The notes beneath the pieces are model-generated. The model ran no database searches. It was not told where the DNA came from and worked only from the letters and a program-made list of their open reading frames with translations. The position numbers and the translations under genes are program-made. DNA of 60,958 nt, the filler included. It is 12 parts of 12 records of this genome, joined end to end, with 100 filler letters (N's around TTAATTAATTAA, not from the genome) between each part and the next. Parts side by side here need not be neighbours in the genome. Positions count along the whole stretch, not along the records: positions 1 to 3,613 come from SRR15195285_6380; positions 3,714 to 7,731 come from SRR15195285_6386; positions 7,832 to 13,420 come from SRR15195285_6387; 9 more parts are not named here. The stretch is one strand, 5' to 3'. Below, one piece after another: positions 1 through 10,444 of this stretch (its first letter is position 1; the number at the start of each line of letters is the position of its first letter).

Positions 1-1
1 C

Positions 2-2335
2 TGCACGACTTTTCACTCCGTAGGTAGAGGCAGTCCTGCTGCGAAGGCGTGCAAGGAAATGGCTCGGGGCGCCTGCTACGGTTGGGTCTTAGAAAAAGTA
101 GAGGGCGTCTCAGTGACAAGAATGTCGTTTGATGATGTACTATCTCTCATTCAGAAAACCACGAAGCGTCCGATGCAGCTGAGCCTGAGACCTCCATGCT
201 TTCTCAGTGTGCCGCTGAAGCCGCTGCTTAATGAGGATGGCACAGATATCGCAGACAGCGAACTAGCAACAGAAGGCCAAGATGAGAAGGGCCTGGGCGG
301 TTACTTCTTCAACAGCCTGATGCACGGGTTCTACCGCACGGTGCGTGAGACGACTCTACGGACTGGATATCACGGTGGTACGCGAATTGCTGGAGTACTC
401 GCAGCAGGCAGTTTCGTCGAAGTGATTGAGAGTCGTGTCAACTCGATGGGACACACGCGAATGCTTTGCATCAGCCTGGGAGGAGATGACAACGACGAAG
501 GAAAAGGCGTACAAGGCTGGGCGAGCCTGTACGCGCGTGATGGTCACCGGCTGCTCCGTGAACAGAACGCGCAGGAGATGAGGGATCGAGACCACATGGA
601 ACACAACGCGTTCTTGATTGAGGAACGATCAAGCCAGCGTGAGCAGACGAAGGCGGCGAACCATCTCCAGGCGCGAAAGATGGCTGGTCAGAACCCGCTT
701 GAGATGCGAATGTGCACTGCAGCGGCTAATGGGGATGCAGGTTGGGTCTTGGAACAGCTTCAACAAGGGGCGACTGCCGACTGCTTGGATTCGAGCGGCT
801 GTACGCCCATGATGCGGGCGGCTGAGAACGGTCACGCCGAAGTTCTGAAGGCGATGTGGCAATACGGGGTTGACCAGCAAAAGCACCTACTGCTGAACGA
901 AGTTGGCGAGGGTGGAACGGCGTTGGCGATGGCTACGACAAACGGACACCACATAGCCGCTGCAACGTTGCTGAGATATCGAGCTGATCCACTGGTCACT
1001 GATGGAAACGGGATCAGGCCAATCGATATCGCTCGAAAGATGCAGAATGATAAGCTTCTACGAATGCTTCAGGAGGCCTCAAACAGTGCAAAAATAGACC
1101 TGTCGCGACGACACGCGAAGGAATCGGTCCGAATGGCGGCGATGCACACCTTCACTCCGCAAATAATGCGGCAGGTCGCTGAGGCTTGTGATGACCTTCA
1201 TGCGGCGGTCTTTTCTGGCAACGTTCGTGCCACGATAAATGCGATCGGCACGCTGCAAAGTTTGGATAGCACGAATGGCATCAATCGTCCTGATAAAAGG
1301 GGCAGCATTCCCTTGGCTAAAGCTGCAGGGGCTGGCAAATGTGCAGTTGTCGGCCTCCTTCTGGCACACAAGGCCACAGTGGATGCGCCCAACGCATATG
1401 GCGAGACCGCTCTGTCGATCGCGTGCTCAAATGGACAGGTTGCTGCTGCCGGTTTGCTTCTGCGAGCTGGTGCAGATCCGAGTCGTGCCCTGCACAGCTT
1501 ATCTAGACACCTGACAAGCGTCCATTTAGCCAATCCGAGACTCTCATATAATCGACAGCATATGGCACTCGATAAGGAAAAGGCGGGTGGTGCTGGTTGT
1601 CAGCTGCTTCTTCACAAAGCATTTCTGGCGAGGAACGTTGTACAGTCCAACCATAAAATTGGCAGGAAGCCCACAGGAATTTCGCCAATCAATGTCGATG
1701 CATGGACCGGCGGCGGCATCCCTGGTGATGAGATGTCAGTCAAACGCAATGGTGTGCCCGGTCCAATCATCCAGACCAACCCCGCTGCGCTTGCGCTGGA
1801 CGGACAAGCGGCAGTCAACGACCACGCTATCAACAACGGCGCTGGTCAGCAACCACTAACTAGCTCAACGTCGACCAAGAAGAGAGGCCTGCGACGGCGT
1901 GCTGCTCCGGCTGCGGACCAACTTCCTGACACGAGTGCTGACCTGTCAGTGGTCGCTGAGGTCACCGAGCAGACCGAAAATCCTCTGGCTTCTTCGTACA
2001 CGAACAGCAGCGTTGCCTCACCGATAGCAGACGGCCACACGTTTGACGTGGAAGAGGCCGTTCTTTCTTCGAAGAAAACACGAGGCAAGAAGTGGACAGG
2101 AGGACTCAAGCGCCGACGCAAGGAAGCAGGAAAATCCGACAATGGGCAGCAGCCAGGAGGGTTGGTTGACACAGAGGAGTACTCCCCTCTGCCTCACGAC
2201 GGCTCCAGCGCCGTGGTGGGTCAAAGCAGTGCAGTAGATGGAGCGGACGAACTTGCAGCTATCGAAATCCCTAATGACGACGACTTCGAGCTCGGTGACG
2301 ACAGTACAGCGGAGCAGATAGGGGACTTACTGTAG
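2..2335 (+). CDS. PDZ + SH3-like + ankyrin-repeat protein, 5'-truncated by window edge
   Basis: Frame of ORF 59..2335 is open back to nt 2 (…GRGSPAAKACKEM…VEGVSVTRMSFDDVLSLI, PDZ-like). SH3-like segment (FVEVIE…GWASL); ankyrin repeats (GCTPMMRAAENGH, GTALAMATTNGH, GETALSIACSNGQ); disordered acidic tail. Confidence 0.75.
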   Translation, partial: CTTFHSVGRGSPAAKACKEMARGACYGWVLEKVEGVSVTRMSFDDVLSLIQKTTKRPMQLSLRPPCFLSVPLKPLLNEDGTDIADSELATEGQDEKGLGGYFFNSLMHGFYRTVRETTLRTGYHGGTRIAGVLAAGSFVEVIESRVNSMGHTRMLCISLGGDDNDEGKGVQGWASLYARDGHRLLREQNAQEMRDRDHMEHNAFLIEERSSQREQTKAANHLQARKMAGQNPLEMRMCTAAANGDAGWVLEQLQQGATADCLDSSGCTPMMRAAENGHAEVLKAMWQYGVDQQKHLLLNEVGEGGTALAMATTNGHHIAAATLLRYRADPLVTDGNGIRPIDIARKMQNDKLLRMLQEASNSAKIDLSRRHAKESVRMAAMHTFTPQIMRQVAEACDDLHAAVFSGNVRATINAIGTLQSLDSTNGINRPDKRGSIPLAKAAGAGKCAVVGLLLAHKATVDAPNAYGETALSIACSNGQVAAAGLLLRAGADPSRALHSLSRHLTSVHLANPRLSYNRQHMALDKEKAGGAGCQLLLHKAFLARNVVQSNHKIGRKPTGISPINVDAWTGGGIPGDEMSVKRNGVPGPIIQTNPAALALDGQAAVNDHAINNGAGQQPLTSSTSTKKRGLRRRAAPAADQLPDTSADLSVVAEVTEQTENPLASSYTNSSVASPIADGHTFDVEEAVLSSKKTRGKKWTGGLKRRRKEAGKSDNGQQPGGLVDTEEYSPLPHDGSSAVVGQSSAVDGADELAAIEIPNDDDFELGDDSTAEQIGDLL

Positions 2336-2481
2336 CCAGAGTGCGTGCTCGCATGCCTTATGCCGCCAGATGCACTGTGGTGTACTGCTGTGCAGCATGC
2401 TGGCCAAATGAAATTGAGATTTTGTTGAAACCTTCTCCCGAAACAATCCCAATCCGAATGCAATCCGAATGCAATATGCTA

Positions 2482-3321
2482 TTACCCTTTCAGGTAGGAG
2501 TACGGGCCAACAGACCTTCTCCCAAAGCGCACTGGCGGCTGAGGGGCGCCCGCTATTAAATTGTAGGACGAGTTTTTCATCCGATCCGAGTTCGCAGTCC
2601 ATCGCTTTCCTGGTCGGGCGAAATTTACACTTGCGACTTCTTTGTCCGCCTTCTGGCTGTAGTCCGCAAATAGGACGTCATCCAGACAGCCTGATCCGTC
2701 GGGTCGGGGCTTCAAGGCCGCGATGGGGGGACTCCCTTCTTCCTTCGGCCGCTGGCCTCCTTGCGGTGTGTATAGTCGCGCTGCTGCCCCTGCCTCAGCA
2801 CCACCTAGCAGCGAGAGGGACGCCGATGAATGGCCAGCCACGGGGCGTCCCTGAATGACATTGGTATCCTGTTGCCGGTAGCCTGCTGCGTTTGTCGACA
2901 TCCACTGTGGCTGATCTGGCTCCACAGAGCGGCTGCGCCGGTGTCCTGCAGCAGGTCGTTGCGGCAGCGGATCAAGTTTTGCGCCATAATTTGAGTGGAT
3001 GATGTCGCCGACGTGGCCTGATCCATTTTCGCGCTGTTGCGCTGCCCTCTGGTCGCTGCCTCGCAGGCTTGCAGGGATAGTTGACTCGTATCGTGCTTTG
3101 TCGACCGCGGGGTCTCGGTCGCCGAAGATCTTGCCAGTGGGAGAGAAACGCGACAGCTCGGAGGAATTGATGCCGCCGGGAGGGATCGCGCGGGTATTTG
3201 TTGGGGGCTTGATCGTCGATCGGGTGTTTGATTCCCATTTTGCAGCCTCACCCTCTCCTGGGTCTACCTGCCACGGGGCGAGCCCCTTGTACTTCGGCCC
3301 GGCGAACGGGTCATGGACCAT
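2482..3321 (-). CDS. Hypothetical low-complexity protein, possibly ciliary microtubule-inner-protein-like
   Basis: Probable ATG at 3321 (MVHDPF…) in ORF 2482..3423; repeated [WY]-x-[ST] motifs and a C-terminal YNLIAG; no globular domain seen. Confidence 0.5.
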   Translation of the reverse strand: MVHDPFAGPKYKGLAPWQVDPGEGEAAKWESNTRSTIKPPTNTRAIPPGGINSSELSRFSPTGKIFGDRDPAVDKARYESTIPASLRGSDQRAAQQRENGSGHVGDIIHSNYGAKLDPLPQRPAAGHRRSRSVEPDQPQWMSTNAAGYRQQDTNVIQGRPVAGHSSASLSLLGGAEAGAAARLYTPQGGQRPKEEGSPPIAALKPRPDGSGCLDDVLFADYSQKADKEVASVNFARPGKRWTANSDRMKNSSYNLIAGAPQPPVRFGRRSVGPYSYLKG

Positions 3322-3613
3322 GGGTAAATACCTTAGAGGACTATGCACTGGCCTGTCTGCCGCAGCAACCCTTCCTGCGCCCGCGATTACATGCCGCTGC
3401 CCGCCCGCTGTCACGACCAGCACTGGCGTGGAAAGTTCTCTCTGCTCTCGCTCGGTTTAGCACGCCCGAACCACTTCCCGCCCACCTTCCTCGCCAGCCT
3501 GCCACGTCGCTCGGACAGCGTCCTCGGCGAACAGAGCACAGCGGGTGCGGAGGGCAGAGGAGAGCCCAGTGTAGTCAGTCAGTCGCCGCTGCTGCTGCTG
3601 CCGCTGCTGCTGC

Positions 3614-3713
3614 NNNNNNNNNNNNNNNNNNNNNNNNNNNNNNNNNNNNNNNNNNNNTTAATTAATTAANNNNNNNNNNNNNNNNNNNNNNNNNNNNNNN
3701 NNNNNNNNNNNNN
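3614..3713. other. Artificial contig spacer
   Basis: 44N-TTAATTAATTAA-44N. Confidence 0.98.
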
Positions 3714-5091
3714 TGCCTCTCTGCCTCTCTGCCTGTCTCTGGATTCCCCTCTCTCTATATATATCTCTGCAGCTGTCTCTCTGTCCCTCTGTGTCTACCG
3801 CCATACAAACGCCTCCACAGCGAGCTGAGCAGTGACCGGACGGACATCTCAACCAACGGCAAATGAGTGGTCGGGACGCCACGCACCGCCACGCAGATCC
3901 CAAACAGGGCCACGAGCTGCACCTTCAGCCGGCGCGTCATCCTCCCCCACGCTCGCTGCCGCTGAGATGTGTCGTACTTCAACGGTGTACGCTGGAGAGT
4001 GTCCGCTATCTACCGTGGTTTTAGCCGGATCTGCAAGCCACCTGGCTGTCAGTGCGGTATTTTCTCAGTTTAATGCCCAGATATGTACGAGATTGTAACA
4101 GGTTTTTTTTGCCCCTAAAATTTTCAGAATGGTAGGAATTCCTACTGAAATTTGCGGTATTCTGAGTACAGTTGGCTCGGATCACTTCGGGTGCGCTGCT
4201 TGCGTTTGTGGATTAGTACTGACATTAGGGGTGTTTTCTTCGAACGAACACCCCGCTGTGAATGGCCGCCGGACCATGGAATTGCAGGGCTGCCTGCTGC
4301 TGGAATTCTCATGCATACACAATCGAGCGCCGGGGTATTCTAGTTTTCAATTATTTTTCAGTCTGTACTGAAAAATGGTACCATTTTGTACATGGAGTAG
4401 TCAGGCTCATCCAGTCCTCACGTGCAGTCATCAGAATCACCGTAATTTCAGTACAATTCGAAAATCATCAACAATACATATCGCAGTCTGTCACCTTACG
4501 ATTTCTCGGTACGAATGTCACAGGCTGCTGGGTTGGATTCTTATGGAGTACATAGAACCCACTGATAAATGACGCACACTCCACGGACCGCCCCGATCTG
4601 CAGTCTTTTTTTTCGCATACATCACTGATATTAGTGGTGTTCTGAATCCTGACCCAGCCTGTGCAGACTTCACAGCCAGTATCGAGTCGTGCGTAATACC
4701 TAAACGTGCACAGTCGAGAAATCCCACTAAGCATCGCGGTGGCACTGCTCTGACCGCCTCGAGATCGCGGTGATTGCTCACGAAATTCCCCCTAAAATTC
4801 GCTGTATTTTGAACAGAAATTTTGAAAACTGAAAATGAATCGATCGGAGTCGTCGCCGCGTTTTCAATCACACCATACTATTGACTGTGGCGGTGGAAAT
4901 ACGGCCGGAAAATAAAACGTTTGTAGTCGTGGCGATCGGCTGGACGACGCAGAGAGTATGGGACGGACCAGCTGGCGGGTCACAGTGGCGTGGTGTAGAC
5001 GCAGGGATGGAGCCCTGTCGCCGCAGCCTGTGGTTCGGCGAGGGTGAGGCATGGCGGCGTGTTGAACGGGCAGTGGTCCGCCAGCCCATCA

Positions 5092-7731
5092 ATGGCAGCG
5101 TGGTGGGACGGGCTGGTACAAGTGAGCTCCGATGCCACGCAGTTGGAGCGGCTGCAGGCGCTGCGCGCAGCGGTGGCGGCCACAGCCAACGGGCGCGAGG
5201 GCGACGTAGACGCAGCCTGTCGGAAGTTGCTCATCGCGCTGCAGCAGCGAAGGGCGGACGGGACGGCCAGCGATGCGGTTCCGTACGCCGCTGTTGCTGA
5301 CCCGCTGGCGGAATCGACGAGCAGTGCTGCGCGATCCACCCTGCCTGCATGCGCTGGGGCGACGGAGCGGCACCAGTGGGCATGGTGTGATGCGGCTGTA
5401 AGTAACGCAGCGCAACCCAGCTACACTGACGAGCTGGCCAGGCCAAGCGCTGCAGAGGCGAATAGCACAGAGGCGAATCCCCGCGCGGTACCTGTTCGCC
5501 GAACTGCTGAGCTGCTCATCGGTGTTCTCGACGCGTGTGGACGTTCCGACGGGACTGGACCCAGCCAGCGCGATTCAAAAGAGCCGCTTCCAAACAAGCA
5601 CAACACCAGCGGCGGAATGTGCTGCGTACGGTATGGCAGTGGCATAGCCCCTTGTGTAATTGAGCAGCCGCGGCCCGAGCTGCGCGGCGCTTTGGTGTGG
5701 GTCCCCTGCTGGAACGTTGTCCGCCCGGCAGCAGTACGTGGGCAAAGAGACACTGTTGCGTCGTCCTCCTCATCGTGCTCGTGCGCACCAGCTTATATTG
5801 AAATACGTGACTTAGTGGTACTACGGGGCCGTCCCGCCAGTGATTGCAAGGACATGACGCCGATTCCAACTGTAGTATCAGTTGCGGCCTTGGAGCACAT
5901 GGAGAGTCAGCGTCGCCGAAGTACGTTGGCCCGTGTGCCTGCAATTGCTGTTCTTCCTTGCTTCTTTCTGCGTCAAGATCTGACGATCCGCCTGCCTGCA
6001 GAACGACGAGTGCACGAGGATGTGTCAGCGTTGCCCAGCGCGGGTGTAAGCCTCGTTGGGTATCTCACCGCCATCAGTCCGGTGCTATCGTTACGCAGCA
6101 ACGGTGCCGAACGCCAGGCCTTCTACGCGCATGTGGCAGATTCGCCGCCCTCCTCGTGCGGAGGACGAAGTGAGCTGATGGACACGGTTGCAGTGCTATT
6201 TGATGGCCCCGATGCAGCTGGCTGGCGGGCATTCTTGCAGTCACCGGCAAGCGAAATCAGAATCTGCATTACCGGGCTGTCTCGGACGCGGTTCCAAACC
6301 ACATCCATCAACCAACGGCTACTAGTCACATCTCCGAGCACGGCTGTCCGCACAGTTGAAAAAGAAGAGGCTATCGGTCTCTCAGCCACCGAACATTTGG
6401 GCAAAACGGCTAGTGGACCTCTCACCGAGGGGCGAGTACTGCCGGTACAACTGACAATGGATTTCTCACCTGCGACGGGCGCACCATTCAGTACTGAAGG
6501 GAGAGTGCTGCTGGTGACCTACCATGCCACGGTGGGGCATTACCGAGGGGACGGTGTCTGGGATATTTTGAACAGCAGCAGCAACACTGCAGATATAACA
6601 GCGCCAGTACAGCTATTTTTGGCGCAATGGTCGCGCAACGTGCTAGGTTTACGATACGGTGCTTCAATAATTGTACACAACGCACACCCTGTATATGGTA
6701 GGCGAGGCGATGTTGTGTGTGGTCTGGCGGCTTCAATCTACACATCTGTCGATGTTGTCACGTTTTCAACAACAGATTCACCTGCTCGCGTTCCAGGTGC
6801 AAGTTGTCTGTGGAAGTGGTACTGGCGTCACATGGTATGGGATGAGGTCATGTGGCTCATGTCCGAAGCATTGCCTCAATGCGACCGCAAATTTCGTGGG
6901 TTATGGAGTCGGGCAAAGCTACTCGCAGGTAGAAGTAAGGCCAGCACTGATCCTCTGTTGATGTACATGCTGCGATCGTTCGAGCGCAGCAGAGAACGGA
7001 TTGTTCACAGTGGTGCAGCTGGTCGATCAGACACAAAGTCTGCCGCCCAATGCTTGAAGCCAGAAGTGGGAGGTGACGTGACAAGTTTTTTTGCACAAGG
7101 TCTCGCGACTTGTCGACAGATGGATGGCAACACGCAGTATCCACGTGGTGGTGGCTGGGACCACAGGCCTTATATCGTAACAATGGCTCAGCTGGTAGTT
7201 GTCGCAGAAGCCATGGCTGCTGCAGTAGATTCTGAAAGGCAACAGAGTGGAGGTGATCTTGGCTGGGGGTATCGGCGCCTGAGTGCAGAGAAAGTGAAGC
7301 AGGCCTTGTCAGTTGTCGTAAGAGGCAAGTCCTCTGCGTGCGCCGATGCGCCACGCACACCGTCACTGGAGCCTCTGATTATCGGCAGATTGTGCGGGCA
7401 TGGAGTCACGGGAGGAATTATACTGACCGATGCTACCGGTCGAGTACCAGTGATATTTGATGGAACCAGTGAGCTGGAAGCCTGTCACTCTGAGCAGCTA
7501 TGGCTAGTGGGTTCGTTGTCGTTAGTAGTAGAGTATGCCCCTTCGTCAGCAACGCCGCTGACATGGTACTATGCGCTAGACTTTCCGTCGGCAACGTGTC
7601 TGTTTCAACGGCAGACTGGTGTGGCAGATGCCCGCGCTCAGCCTGCGTTTCCTTTTTCTAGCTGTGGCGACAGTGCTGCTGCAACAGCGAAGTCATCATC
7701 ACATGCAGCAGCAGCAGCAGCAGCAGCAGCA
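5092..7731 (+). CDS. CTC1: CST complex subunit CTC1-like (tandem OB folds), 3'-truncated
   Basis: Ordered motifs like animal/plant CTC1: LVWVPCWNVV…YIEI; SLVGYLTAISP; VAVLFDG…WRAFL…ITGL; LVTYHATV…VQLFL…GLRYGASIIVHNAH…VDVVTFS; LIIGRL…GGIILTDATGRVPVI. Runs into the (GCA)n tract at the contig end. Confidence 0.7.
7705..7731 (+). repeat. (GCA)n microsatellite at contig end
   Basis: Direct reading; encodes poly-Ala in the CTC1 frame. Confidence 0.9.
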
Positions 7732-7831
7732 NNNNNNNNNNNNNNNNNNNNNNNNNNNNNNNNNNNNNNNNNNNNTTAATTAATTAANNNNNNNNNNNNN
7801 NNNNNNNNNNNNNNNNNNNNNNNNNNNNNNN
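7732..7831. other. Artificial contig spacer
   Basis: 44N-TTAATTAATTAA-44N. Confidence 0.98.
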
Positions 7832-7954
7832 TGCTGCTGCTGCTGCTGCTCCTGCTCCTGCCCCTGCTGCGGGGGTGGGTGGCTGCTGCTGCCCCTGCTG
7901 AGGGTCTTTAGCGCTCGAGGCCAGACCTCGGGGGGTGGCAGGAGGCGGGGGTTG

Positions 7955-10246
7955 ATGGCGGCCTCCAGCGCCCAGCAGGACATCTTCGCTGCGCTGCGCG
8001 GCGGCGTGCGCTTCAAGTCGCAGGGATCGAACCGCTCCCGAGGCGCGCCGAAGAAGCGGAGTGCGGATGGCGGCAGCAGGTGAGCCCCTTGCTCTGCTCT
8101 GCGCTGCGTGGCCAGTGGTGCAGAGCTGGTGATTTGAGAGGCGCTGAAGCTTTTCCGTCGATGCGCGGTACTCGCTGAGCTTCTTGCTTTGGTGTCTGTG
8201 GCAGCAGCACCGAGAGGGAAGCGCCGAAGCCGCCGGCGTTCCACAGCCACGCGCACAGCGCGGAAGACCTGAACAGGCTGCGCAACGCACGGAAGATCAA
8301 GGTTAGCGGCGCAGACGCGCCCTCTATTCTGCCCGACCTCGCCGCGCTCGCGGCGGTGCCGGGCTGCCCGCAGCAGCTCCTCGATAACATCACCGCGATG
8401 GGCTGGACGACGCTCACGGACACGCAGATGCAGTCCATCCCGACACTGCTCGACGACCGCGACGTCCTCAGCTGTGCGCCCACTGGCTCCGGCAAGACGG
8501 GCGCCTTCGCGATACCGCTGCTGGTACGGTTGATGCGCGGGGAGCCGCGCCCCGGGACAGAGAGCAGCCCGCGTGCCATCATACTCGCACCGACGCGCGA
8601 GCTCGCGGCGCAGATCGCGCGCGAGACTGCGCGGCTGGCGAAGGATACGGGGATCGCGGTAAGGGCACTCGCCAAGGAAGACGACTCCTCGGTCTTCGCG
8701 GACTGTGATGTCCTCGTGAGCACACCTCTGCGTCTCTCGGCACTCGTGAGCGCACGGGCGGGCAGGCGGCTAGCGGCAGTCGAGATGGTGGTGGTGCGTC
8801 CATATAGCGCATAGCGAGCTCTCGCCCCTTGCCTCCCACCGTTTATATCGAGCGCGAGATGACGATCACAACCTCTATCTTAGGACACCTTAGTAAGGGC
8901 TCTCGCAAAGGACGCGGCATCCGCTCCTCTGCCTCCCTAATGTTAACAATTTCGTTATACACCTGATCCCGCTCTTCGGCGACGCCCCCCATAGGATTGC
9001 CACTGCCGGCCCTGTGCGGCGCGCCTCGCTCACGTGGACGCTGTTGCACGCTCGCAGCTAGACGAGGGTGACAAGCTGCTTGAGGCGGGCGAAGATGCAG
9101 TGTTCTTGCAGCAAGTTGACACGATCATCGATGCGTGCGGGCCAGCTGACGGCCTCGCCACGAAGATCAAAAAGGAGCAGGAAAGCAAGAAGCTGGACAA
9201 GAAGGCGAAGAAAAAGCAGGCTGAGGCGGAGGCACAACAGCGCGCTGCAAACCGGGTGCAGCGCTGCCTGTTCTCTGCAACACTCCCGCCGGCGGTGGAG
9301 GAGCTGGCGCGTTCGTTCCTGATCGATCCGCTCAGAATCACCGTTGGGCTGCGCAACGGGGCCACCACCACCATCAAGCAGAGGCTGAAGTACGTCGGAC
9401 GAGAAGGCGGCAAGCTGCTAGCAATGCGCCAGCTGCTGATGGAGGGCCTTCGCCCACCAATTTTGGTCTTTGTGCAGTCCAAAGATCGCGCTGGTGAGCT
9501 GCTTGAGGAGCTGCGAATGCGCGGATGGAAGGCGGACGCTATTCACTCGGGTCTGACGCAGGAAGCTCGGGACCGCGCAATGCAACGCGTCCGCCTCGGC
9601 GAGCTATGGGCACTAGTATGCACGGAGGTCCTAGCACGCGGCATCGACCTGAAGCACGTGCAGACGGTGGTAAACTACGATTTCCCACAAACGATGGTCT
9701 CGTATGTACACCGAATTGGTCGGACAGGTCGAGCAGGCAGAGACGGGCAGGCGATTACGTTCTTCACGGACGATGACAAAGAACAGATACGATCCGTCGC
9801 CCAGGTGAGACACACATACTTCACATCTGCCCAGACCCACCCTCAACGAGGACGACATACATATACGCTTACTAGATGATGACAAACATACAATAATACC
9901 ATCTTTCGGGACTGACTTCTGGGTTGATCCCCTCACTTGATGCATAAAATGTTTCGGCTGATACCACACCACCGGCGCGCCTTGCCTTCGTAGTGCCCAC
10001 CAACGGTTGCCTGACACTTCGCTGCTGCCATCTTCTCAGGTGATGAAGGATGCGGGCATGCCCGTGGAGCCGTGGATGCTTGAGGCGCCAAAGATAACAA
10101 AGAAGCGGCGACGAGAGCTAGCAAAAAGGCCTATCAGGCGCAAACCTGTCATCGATGGAAGGTCCGAAAGAAAAAGAGCACGAGTGCCGAAAGCGGCGAG
10201 GCCGGTCGATGCTGGCGACGACGACGGTGACGACGATGATGCTTAG
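7955..10246 (+). CDS. DDX52: DEAD-box RNA helicase DDX52/ROK1; exons 7955-8079, 8205-8793, 9058-9804, 10040-10246
   Basis: N-terminal DIFAALRGGVRF and LRNARKIKVSG; Q motif; APTGSGKT; PTRELAAQ; DEGD; SAT; PPILVFVQSKDRA; HRIGRTGRAG; VMKDAGMPVEPWM. GT-AG introns with matching phases. Confidence 0.9.
8850..8974 (+). ncRNA. Intronic box C/D snoRNA, U58/SNORD58-like
   Basis: In DDX52 intron 2. Box C ATGACGA 8859-8865, box D CTGA 8963-8966, terminal stem GAGCG/CGCTC, guide ATCTTAGGACACCT (8877-8890) complementary to conserved LSU rRNA AGGTGTCCTAAG. Confidence 0.75.
9871..9965 (+). ncRNA. Intronic box C/D snoRNA, snR39B/SNORD2-like
   Basis: In DDX52 intron 3. Box C ATGATGA 9876-9882, guide ACCATCTTTCGGG 9898-9910, D' CTGA 9912-9915, C'-like TTGATGC near 9937, box D CTGA 9958-9961. 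Guide is complementary to LSU rRNA CCCGAAAGATGGT. Confidence 0.85.
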
Positions 10247-10444
10247 GGTCGCGCCGAGCTCAGCATGCAGACACGCAAGACAAGTGGGCCACTGTGGCGC
10301 GAACGAGTACCATATCGTGTAGCTTGGTACTACTAGCAATGGTGCCAGCGCTACACACTCGATTTGCAGAGACTTTTTTGCATTTTGCCAACGCACACTG
10401 GGCGGCTGGCCAAGTCACAGACGTACAGCGCTGCTTGGGCCGTA

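Noticed and set aside
3614-3713. Repeated TTAATTAATTAA as a biological repeat or CRISPR-like array
   Set aside because: All 11 copies sit in identical 100-nt N-padded blocks; this is an assembly linker.
8125-8182. Third C/D snoRNA in DDX52 intron 1
   Set aside because: Box C is poor (GTGATTT), no rRNA guide recognised, and the last CTGA is at a branch-point position.
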